Below, in pieces: positions 19,955 through 27,699 of a stretch of DNA of 63,504 nucleotides. Position 1 is the stretch's first letter; every line of letters begins with the position of its first letter. The DNA lies in contig CAIRNV010000002.1 in the NCBI GenBank assembly GCA_903880005.1, positions 1 to 63,504 on the forward strand, written 5' to 3'. A program made the translations under genes and the position numbers. The notes below the pieces were generated by a model. That model ran no database searches, was not told the origin of the DNA, and saw nothing but the letters and a program-made list of their open reading frames with translations. This DNA is from an uncultured Verrucomicrobiota bacterium. GTDB taxonomy: Bacteria > Verrucomicrobiota > Verrucomicrobiia > Limisphaerales > UBA9464.

Positions 19955-21022
19955 CTACCCCCCGATGCAACTCATCGTGCGCGCGGGTTGGACGAAGTCG
20001 GGCTTCCCAATCCGATGACCGGCCTCCTTGCCAGCCACGATTTCCACCAGCCGCCGCATGATGTCCGAATCCGTGCCGCCACCCCGGAGCAGCGGCCGCA
20101 GGTCGTGCTCGACGAGGCTGAAGAGGCATGTTCGCACCTTGCCGTCGGCGGTCAGGCGCAGGCGGTTGCAATGGCCGCAGAAAGGCTCGCTCACGGGCGC
20201 GATGACGCCCACCTCGCCCCGGCCGTCCGGGAAGCTCCAGCGGCGGGCCGTCTCGCTGGGGCGATCGGGCGCATGGACGCGCACCAATCCCCAGCGCGAC
20301 TGCAAGCGCGCCACGATCTCCGCCCCGGTCACGACCAGGTCGCGTTGCCACGCACGGCTGGAATCCAGCGGCATGAACTCGATGAACCGCAGGGACAGGT
20401 CCTCATCCCGCGCGAACGCGGCCAGGTCCTCGACCTCGTGGTCGTTCATGCCGCGTATCACGACGGCGTTCACCTTCACGGGCGCCAGGCCCAGGTCCTT
20501 GGCCATCCGAATGCCCTCCAACACGCCCGCAAGCCCGTCGCGCCCGGTCATCCGGCGGAAGTTGGCCGGGTCGAGCGAGTCCATGCTGAAGCTGACGCGC
20601 TGGAGCCCGGCGTCGCGCAACGACCGGGCCTTGGACGCGAACAAGAACCCGTTGGTGGTCATCGCCAGGTCGCGGACGCCCGGGATGCCCGCGAGGCTGG
20701 CCACCAGCGACTCCACGCCCTGCCGCAGCAACGGCTCGCCCCCCGTCACGCGGACCTTGTCGATGCCCAATGCCGCCGCCAACCGCACCACGCGCTCGAT
20801 CTCCTCGAAGGACAACAATTCCGAACGTGGCTTCCATTCGTACGCGATCGGACGGGCCGCCGGCAGTCCCCCGTTGGAACCCGCCCAACGCGTCCGGTAA
20901 AAGTTCGCGGCCTCCTCCGTCTCCGGCAGGCAATACAGGCACCGAAAGTTGCAGCGGTCCGTCACGCTGACCCTCAGGTCACGCATCACCCGGCCGTGCG
21001 AGTCCCGGAGTTCCATCGCCAT
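19955..21022 (-). CDS. moaA: GTP 3',8-cyclase MoaA (radical SAM)
   Basis: Contains CNFRCLYC (the CxxxCxxC cluster), VRVTGGEPLLR, and C-terminal CGHCNRLRLTADGKVRTCLF. Start at MAMELRD (21022) because the upstream gene ends at 21067. Confidence 0.9.
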   Translation of the reverse strand: MAMELRDSHGRVMRDLRVSVTDRCNFRCLYCLPETEEAANFYRTRWAGSNGGLPAARPIAYEWKPRSELLSFEEIERVVRLAAALGIDKVRVTGGEPLLRQGVESLVASLAGIPGVRDLAMTTNGFLFASKARSLRDAGLQRVSFSMDSLDPANFRRMTGRDGLAGVLEGIRMAKDLGLAPVKVNAVVIRGMNDHEVEDLAAFARDEDLSLRFIEFMPLDSSRAWQRDLVVTGAEIVARLQSRWGLVRVHAPDRPSETARRWSFPDGRGEVGVIAPVSEPFCGHCNRLRLTADGKVRTCLFSLVEHDLRPLLRGGGTDSDIMRRLVEIVAGKEAGHRIGKPDFVQPARTMSCIGG

Positions 21023-21066
21023 GCCCGCGACGCTACCGACGACCGGGGCGCGCGCAAAGGACGCGC

Positions 21067-22758
21067 TCACAGCGGGCGGGTGCGCGGCCATTCCAGCTCA
21101 AACCCCTCGGCACGAAGCCGCTGCTGGAACTCCGCGAGCAACGGGGGCCGGTTGCGCACGGCGCGGGGCGCAACCCCGCGGGCCTTGCAGAAGGCCACCG
21201 CCGCCCCGGCCGCCTCGCCGATGTTCCATTCCACCGGATGCAACCGGTAGCAACCGTTGGTGATGTGCGTGACGCCAAGGTTCTTGCCGCCCGCCAGCAC
21301 GTTCTCCACGCGGCGCGGCAACAACGCCCCCAGCGGGACCTGGAACGGCAGCGAGCCCAGGTCCACGTAGTTGCGCCCCGACGTCGAAGGATGGAGGTCG
21401 ATGCGGTAGGCGCCCACCCCGACGCTGTCCTGGAAGTCGGCCGCCACGACCTCCTCACGGCCCTTGCCCGTCTCCTGCATGCGGGATTCCTCGCCCACGT
21501 GACGCTCCGTCACCGTGAACTCGGCGAGAAGCCTGCGCGCCTCGCGCACGTAAACGGCCTTCGCCAAGCCATCGGGGCCGTCGCCCACGTCCTCCCGCAG
21601 CCGGAGCCCCTTCCAACCCGTGCCGCCGTCCGGACGCGGCGCCTCCGTTTGCATCCAGTAAAGAAGGCACAAGCTCAACTGCCTGGCGTCGCGCAGCCGC
21701 TCGCTCGCCTGGGCCGCCGTGACGCCGGGCCCGATGATTGGCAAGAGCCAGTAGTCGTTCTGCGGCCAGTTCACGAGCGAGATGCCGGACCGGTAGGTGC
21801 CCGCCGCAAACTGCCCCGCGTCCGCCAACCGCCGGTACGTGAAGAGGTTGTACCCCGCCGCGCGGCCCGTGGGATCGAAGGCAAACGAACGCGGCTTCAA
21901 CGTGATGGGATGCGAGCATTCCCAGCTCAGCAGCCGCCCCGGCCATGGCGGCGTCATGGCCGGCACATAGTCCCGCCAGAACGACCACCGGTCCGGCCTC
22001 GCGATCACGTTGTCCTCGCCCTCGGCATGGTCCACCGCAAAGCACCACGTCACCGCTTGCTGGTCCATGGGGTCGGACTTCTCCGGGGCATGCATCTCGC
22101 CCGTCTCCGACCGCGACTCCGCGCCCACGACGTGCTCGATGCCCACCATGGGCAGGAGGTCGCCCAGCTCCGTCGCGTCGATGAACCAAGGCGCCACCAA
22201 CGTCCGGCGCCCCTCCTCCACGCCCTCCACCGTCACGGCGCGAACCCGGTCTGCGACGGCGTCGGCGGCAATGGGCCGGGTGCGCAGGAGGACGCGGAGA
22301 CGGCCGGACGCGACATGCGGCGCGAGCATCTGCTGCAACACGGCCAGCGCCACGCGTGGCTCGTGGCAAAGGCGCGAGACCCATCCGTTGCCCGGGTTGA
22401 GCCGCGCCTCCGCCCGGGGCCCGGGCAGCAGGGGGAAGTGATCGCGATAAAACTGGCGCACCAGTCCGCGGAACCGGCGGTAGCTCGCGGTGCATCCATG
22501 GGACTCAATCCATGGATGCTCGTCCGGCGGCACCGCCTGGCTGGTCAATTGCCCGCCGATCCAGTCGGTCTCCTCCGTCATGACCACCCGCAGGCCGGCG
22601 CGGCATGCGGCGAGCGCGGCCGCGCAGCCGCCAACACCACCGCCCACGACCACGAGGTCCGCGCTGATCTCGCGCCCCTCGGCCGCCGAGGCCCGCAGGC
22701 CCGCCCACCACGCGGCGGCCGCGCCGGAGGAACCCCAGATAAAGTCGCGTCGTCTCAT
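21067..22758 (-). CDS. FAD-dependent oxidoreductase with twin-arginine signal
   Basis: Track ORF trimmed to MRRRDFIWGSSGAAAAWWAGLRASA (Tat-like RRxF). Dinucleotide fold: DLVVVGGGVGGCAAALAA. The C-terminus has GCYRLHPVEWNIGEAAG. Confidence 0.8.
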   Translation of the reverse strand: MRRRDFIWGSSGAAAAWWAGLRASAAEGREISADLVVVGGGVGGCAAALAACRAGLRVVMTEETDWIGGQLTSQAVPPDEHPWIESHGCTASYRRFRGLVRQFYRDHFPLLPGPRAEARLNPGNGWVSRLCHEPRVALAVLQQMLAPHVASGRLRVLLRTRPIAADAVADRVRAVTVEGVEEGRRTLVAPWFIDATELGDLLPMVGIEHVVGAESRSETGEMHAPEKSDPMDQQAVTWCFAVDHAEGEDNVIARPDRWSFWRDYVPAMTPPWPGRLLSWECSHPITLKPRSFAFDPTGRAAGYNLFTYRRLADAGQFAAGTYRSGISLVNWPQNDYWLLPIIGPGVTAAQASERLRDARQLSLCLLYWMQTEAPRPDGGTGWKGLRLREDVGDGPDGLAKAVYVREARRLLAEFTVTERHVGEESRMQETGKGREEVVAADFQDSVGVGAYRIDLHPSTSGRNYVDLGSLPFQVPLGALLPRRVENVLAGGKNLGVTHITNGCYRLHPVEWNIGEAAGAAVAFCKARGVAPRAVRNRPPLLAEFQQRLRAEGFELEWPRTRPL

Positions 22759-22903
22759 GGTACTGGAATTCCAAGGCTGCACCGTGCTTGCACTCGTTGG
22801 CACCAAAGCCCTGCGCCCGCGCCCGGCCATGCCAGGCCCGTCCAGCGCACTTGCCAGACGGGCCCAGTCGCCCGGGCGGGCGGGGGCCGTTGCCGGGATC
22901 GCC

Positions 22904-25900
22904 CTACTCCCCTCCGGACTTCGCCTGAGGCTGGGCCGGGGCTTGCGGATGCGCGGCCAGGTAGCCATCGACGTCACGCGTCACCACCAACTGCCCCACC
23001 ATGACCTGGCCGTGGCCGGGGAAGGTGCAGACGTACTCGTGGGTGCCTTCCTCGGCCGGCGCCCGCAACCGCAGGACCTCGCGCTGGCCCGCGTCCAGCA
23101 ACCGCGTGCCGCCCCAGACGTCGGCCGACGCCGGGAAGTAGGCCCTGCCCTTGCCATCCAACTGGTCGGGCTTCAGCAGCAACGCCGCCGCCACCACGTT
23201 CTCGCGCGTCCCGGGTTTCGTCACCAGGAGGTTGTGCGGCATGAAGTCGCCGTTCTCGAACGTCACCTCGAAGTCCTTGCCCGCCTCCACCACGAGGCGC
23301 GTCGTGTCGAACCGCATCTGCTCGCGCACCGTCCGGATCACGAACGCCGCCACCCGCAGGTCCTTCAGCTCCCGACGCAGCGCCGCTCGCTCGGACTCCG
23401 GGATCACGCCGCCGAGGTCGGACGCCAACTGGATGGTCTCCACGTAGTCGGCCGTGGTGCGCTCGGAGGCCGGGACCTTGCTGGCCCACGCCACCAAGCC
23501 CTTGGCCGCACGCGATGCCACGGCGGCCGGCCATGCCGTCGCGGGGATCGATCGAATGCCACGCGCGGCCGACACCGTGACCGGGCCACCACGACCGATG
23601 ACGTCGGCCAGCAGCTCAAACGTCTCGGCGGGGCGACCATTCATGGACACCAGGGCGCGAATGGCCGCCCGTTGCAGGGTCGCCACCGGGTCGCCGCCGA
23701 CGGGGATGCGCACCGATGTCGCCGGCGCGGGGACGCCATCCTTCCGGAAAACCTCCTGCCGATCCCGGTCCAGCACGACGAGCGTGAACCCGTCCAGCCT
23801 GCGGCCGAGGTCGCCCTCGGTGCGATTCCACACCGCCACGGCATCCACGGCCTGGTCGCCGCCGAGGTCCACCTCCCACCACGGGCGATCGCCGTTCTCC
23901 GCCGTGTGCGTCTGCGTGCCGGAGCCATAGACCCCGTCGGTGCGGCCATCGACCGCATGGCTGGCGTTGCCGCCGTTGCTCGTGCTGGACTGGGTGGCCT
24001 TGCCGCCCCGGGCGACGTTGCGGTCGCCGCTGAACACCTCCACCTCCGCGAGCGTGAGCGTCCCGCGGCGCGGCAACTCGATCCGGACGAACCGGCCCAC
24101 GCCACGCTTCTGCGCGGCGGAGGCGAGGTCGGCGGGAACCTGTCGTGCCAAGGGCTCGACCTTGGCCCGCAACCGGGAGCGCAGCTCGGGGTCCAGCACC
24201 AACGGCACCGCGTTCAACAGGTCGGACAACGCCCCCACGTCCGAGGCAGCGGTCGCCCAGACGCCGTCGAAGCCATCGTCGGCCGACGCCAGCGCCGCCC
24301 ACGCGCCCTGGCGGGCGCCGGCGTGCGTGGACTTCCTCGCGAGCGTCTCCACCCGGGCCCGCAAGGCCTTGACCTCCTTGGGCGACTCGGCGGGAAGCAA
24401 CCGACCCAGTGAACCCTGGGCCGCGCCATCCGTGTCGGACGCCTCCAACACGTCGAGCAACGTGGCCACGCGGCTCGTCTTGCGCGCATGCGCCAGCTCG
24501 GCCAGCGCCGCCGTACGGTCCGCGTCCGCCACATCCGGGCGACGGAGCAGCGTCGTCAACACGCCGGGCGTGCGCGGGAACTTCAGCAGCTCGGCCGTGC
24601 TCGCGCTGCGCATCAGGTACTCGACGCCGGCCGGGTTGTCCGCGGCGACGGGCTGGCCCTCGGCCACGGCCTTGCGCCACACGGGCTCCAACTGCCGCAT
24701 CGTCTCGCGCGTCGTGTAGTCGAGGTAGTAGTCCGTCGGCTTGCGCAACGTCTCCAAGGCGACATCCACGGCCGCCGTCTCCCGGAAGAAGCTCGCGGCG
24801 CGCACCGCCTCCAGGCGCACGCGCGGGTGCTCGTCGGAGGCCACCTTCCTCAGCATGCCCAGGGCGTCGGGGACGCGGTCGCGCCAGTAGCACAGGACGC
24901 GGGCGGCGGCGGCGCGGGCGCGGGGGTCCTTCGAGACCAGCACGTCGCCCAGCAACCCGGCGTCCACCACGTTGTGCCATTGGTGCAGCCACAGGGCCTC
25001 CATGCGGTGGTGGTCGAACTCGGGGTCGTTGCGGTCCAAGGCGGCCACCCACGACTTGGCGGCGACGATGACCTCCTTCGTGTCACGCCCGCCCAGCTCG
25101 ATCTTGGCGCGCTCGCGCACGTTGTCCTCGGGGGACTTGAGCAGCTCCAGCAACGCGGGCACGGGCTGGCCCGCGATGAGGGCGGGCTTGAGCAAGGGCC
25201 GGCCCTCGTAGGTCATGCGGTACACGCGCCCGTGCACCTTGTCGCGGTTCGGGTCGCGCAGGTGATGCTGCATGTGCCCGATGATGGGATTGTGCCAGTC
25301 GCTGAAGTACAACGCCCCGTCGGGGCCCACGGACACGCAGCTCGGACGGAAGTTCGGGTCCGTGGACGACACGATGTTCTCGAGCGTCTCGCCCTTCAGC
25401 CCGGATCCCTCCTCGGTCACGCGCACGCGGAAGATCCCCTGGAAGCCAATGACGTTGCAGTTGAGGTAGTTGCCCTGGAATTCATCCGGGAAGTGACGGC
25501 TCGAGAGGATTCCCGTGCCGGGGCACGGTCGGGACGGGCGGTTCCAGAACTCCCGCATCCCGGAGTGCTTGCGCGGGTAGTCGATGCGCCCGCTGAACGC
25601 CGGCGCGAAGTAGGTGTTGTTGCCCGTCGCATCCGTCACGAAGTCGTTGCCCCAGCGGTCGAACACCTTGCCGTGCGGGTTGGCGAACCCGTAGGCGATG
25701 TAGGTCTCGAACCGTCCAGTGCGCGGCTCAAACCGGAAGATCGCCGCGTCGTCGTTGCGCACCGGCCCGAAGGCCGTCTCCACCTGGGTCCGATGAAACA
25801 CGCCGTCGCTCAGGTAGATGGAGCCGCCGGGGTCCAGCACCACGGCGTTGGACGTGTGATGCGAGTCCGCCGAGTCGAGCCCCATCAACACCCGCTCCTT

Positions 25901-27337
25901 CCAGTCCGCCTTCCCGTCCCCGTCCGTGTCGCGCACGAACCACAGGTCGGGCGCCTGCACGATCAACACGCCGTCCTTGTAAAACTGGAAGCCCGTCGGC
26001 GCGTTCAAGTCGTCGATGAACGGCGTGCAACGATCCGCCTTGCCGTCGCCGTCCACGTCCTCGAACACCAGCAGGCTGTCGCCCACCTTCGAGTCCGGGG
26101 TCCGCTCCGGGTAGTTCGGCCACGCGGCCACCCACAGGCGGCCCTTCGTGTCCCACGCCATCTGCACCGGCTTCACCAACGCCGGGAACTGCTCCTCGCT
26201 CGCAAACAAGTTCACCTTCGTCCCGGAGTGGACTGTCATCTTGGCGATGGCGGCCTCGCCGGACAGGAACTCATGCGCGCCGCCGTCCTTGGGGCCGGGC
26301 TTGTTGGAGGCGACGGGTTGCACCTGCGGCAGGTTCGAGTCGTTGGGCTCCATCTCGCGCCCATGCGCCGCCGCCCACACGACCGGGTCGCGGTTCGCCG
26401 TGAGTTGGTCGCGCACGGCCATCTCCTCCTGCATCGTCTTGTAGTTCGAGACGTAGGGCGCCGGCGCGTTGCGGTCGGACACAAAGCCACCCTTGGCCGG
26501 TTGATACGCGAGCGCCGAGCGGCCGCCATAGACGTTGTACCCGTCGATCGTGCGGTAGCGCTGGTGCCATTGGGCGTTCTTCTCGTTCACCGCCATCCGC
26601 AGCTTCTCGACGTTCGTGGCGGGGGCAGGCTGGCCCAGCAGCCCGGCCAACAACGCGGGGGCCATTGCCTGGTCACCCTCCGGCGAGAGCAGGTGCCCGT
26701 TGATCGTCAGCGACTTCCCCGCCGCCGCCGCCGTCGCGTACGCGCGCTCGCTCTCCGACACCAGGTCCACGAAATGCACGCCCTCCGACTTCGCCACCTC
26801 CGCCATCGCCGCCGCGTAGAGCCGGATGTTGGCGTTCATCGGGGCCGGGTCCGCGAAGTTCGGGTCGCGATGCCGCTCCTGGAGCACCGGCGACACCAAC
26901 GCGACGCGGGGCGCGCCCTTGCCCGAGTAATTGCCCTCGCGCACGTGCCGGATCCACGCCGCCAACTCCTTCTTGAAACCCTCCACGCCCGCCGGGCCCT
27001 TCGCCGCCTCGTTCGCCCCAAAGAAGCCCAGGATCACGTCCGCCTTCGTCCGCCGCAGCCAGTCGTCCGGGCTTCCGAAGTTCTCGGACCGATGCCGCGT
27101 CGCGACCTCGTCGCCGGCCGCCGCGAGGTTGCGGAACACGAGCTTGTGATCCGGGAACCGCGCATGGACCAGCGCCTCGAAGTAGCCGGTGTGCTGCATG
27201 CGGTCCGCCAAGGCGCCGCCCACAAGGACCACGTGGTCCTCGGGACGCAGTTCCAGCGGGGCGCCAAGGCCTTGCGAGGCCGACCATGCAAGGATGGCGG
27301 CGGCCGTGACGGCAGGGAGACGTGATGCTGCTCTCAT
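22904..27337 (-). CDS. giant secreted multidomain protein: SGNH-like hydrolase + beta-propeller 'membrane-bound dehydrogenase' domain + HEAT repeats + discoidin (F5/8-C)-like + azurin-like cupredoxin
   Basis: Signal peptide: MRAASRLPAVTAAAILAWSA. Propeller-type segment: DVDGDGKADR..DTDGDGKADW. Discoidin-like segment: ATQSSTSNGGNASHAVDGRTDG..PWWEVDLG. The C-terminus has FMPHNLLV and CTFPGHGQVM, a type-1 Cu ligand set identical in pattern to azurin CTFPGHxxxM. I saw no CxxCH motif. Confidence 0.85.
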   Translation of the reverse strand: MRAASRLPAVTAAAILAWSASQGLGAPLELRPEDHVVLVGGALADRMQHTGYFEALVHARFPDHKLVFRNLAAAGDEVATRHRSENFGSPDDWLRRTKADVILGFFGANEAAKGPAGVEGFKKELAAWIRHVREGNYSGKGAPRVALVSPVLQERHRDPNFADPAPMNANIRLYAAAMAEVAKSEGVHFVDLVSESERAYATAAAAGKSLTINGHLLSPEGDQAMAPALLAGLLGQPAPATNVEKLRMAVNEKNAQWHQRYRTIDGYNVYGGRSALAYQPAKGGFVSDRNAPAPYVSNYKTMQEEMAVRDQLTANRDPVVWAAAHGREMEPNDSNLPQVQPVASNKPGPKDGGAHEFLSGEAAIAKMTVHSGTKVNLFASEEQFPALVKPVQMAWDTKGRLWVAAWPNYPERTPDSKVGDSLLVFEDVDGDGKADRCTPFIDDLNAPTGFQFYKDGVLIVQAPDLWFVRDTDGDGKADWKERVLMGLDSADSHHTSNAVVLDPGGSIYLSDGVFHRTQVETAFGPVRNDDAAIFRFEPRTGRFETYIAYGFANPHGKVFDRWGNDFVTDATGNNTYFAPAFSGRIDYPRKHSGMREFWNRPSRPCPGTGILSSRHFPDEFQGNYLNCNVIGFQGIFRVRVTEEGSGLKGETLENIVSSTDPNFRPSCVSVGPDGALYFSDWHNPIIGHMQHHLRDPNRDKVHGRVYRMTYEGRPLLKPALIAGQPVPALLELLKSPEDNVRERAKIELGGRDTKEVIVAAKSWVAALDRNDPEFDHHRMEALWLHQWHNVVDAGLLGDVLVSKDPRARAAAARVLCYWRDRVPDALGMLRKVASDEHPRVRLEAVRAASFFRETAAVDVALETLRKPTDYYLDYTTRETMRQLEPVWRKAVAEGQPVAADNPAGVEYLMRSASTAELLKFPRTPGVLTTLLRRPDVADADRTAALAELAHARKTSRVATLLDVLEASDTDGAAQGSLGRLLPAESPKEVKALRARVETLARKSTHAGARQGAWAALASADDGFDGVWATAASDVGALSDLLNAVPLVLDPELRSRLRAKVEPLARQVPADLASAAQKRGVGRFVRIELPRRGTLTLAEVEVFSGDRNVARGGKATQSSTSNGGNASHAVDGRTDGVYGSGTQTHTAENGDRPWWEVDLGGDQAVDAVAVWNRTEGDLGRRLDGFTLVVLDRDRQEVFRKDGVPAPATSVRIPVGGDPVATLQRAAIRALVSMNGRPAETFELLADVIGRGGPVTVSAARGIRSIPATAWPAAVASRAAKGLVAWASKVPASERTTADYVETIQLASDLGGVIPESERAALRRELKDLRVAAFVIRTVREQMRFDTTRLVVEAGKDFEVTFENGDFMPHNLLVTKPGTRENVVAAALLLKPDQLDGKGRAYFPASADVWGGTRLLDAGQREVLRLRAPAEEGTHEYVCTFPGHGQVMVGQLVVTRDVDGYLAAHPQAPAQPQAKSGGE

Positions 27338-27443
27338 GTGTTGGTGTGGGACGCATTTTGCCGCCCCGCGTCTTCACGCCAAGGCTGGAAATCAGGTTGA
27401 CGTTCACGCGCGCGTTTCCATACCGTGCGCGCCGCTTTGCTAC

Positions 27444-27518
27444 TCCAGAGTAGCTCAATGGTAGAGCACGCGGCTGTTAACCGTGTGGTTGTAGGTTCGA
27501 GTCCTACCTCTGGAGCCA
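27444..27518 (+). tRNA. tRNA-Asn (anticodon GTT)
   Basis: Hand-folded cloverleaf of 75 nt. Acceptor TCCAGAG/CTCTGGA; D arm GCTC-AATGGTA-GAGC; anticodon arm CGCGG-CTGTTAA-CCGTG; T arm GTAGG-TTCGAGT-CCTAC; discriminator G; encoded CCA. Confidence 0.95.
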
Positions 27519-27699
27519 AATCTCGTTCGCCCATCAGCTCACTCCCCCTTCAGCTCACTCCTTCAGCCGCGCCTCCGTGCGTGAACGTGGACCGCACGAG
27601 ACGGAACCAATCCGGAACCGAAGGTTCCACCCATGCGGTGAACCGACGCCGCCGCGAAACCCGCTTGGCCGCCGTCCATTCCACGATACCCTGCCGCCC

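Noticed and set aside
21023-21066. Possible Moco riboswitch upstream of moaA
   Set aside because: Only 44 nt separate moaA from the upstream co-directional gene. That is far too short for the Moco RNA motif, and I saw no conserved motif elements.
24488-27325. 945-aa plus-strand ORF (and the neighbouring 22490..24412 640-aa ORF)
   Set aside because: Both are antisense to the 1477-aa multidomain gene. They have low-complexity Arg/Gly/His/Val composition and no motifs.
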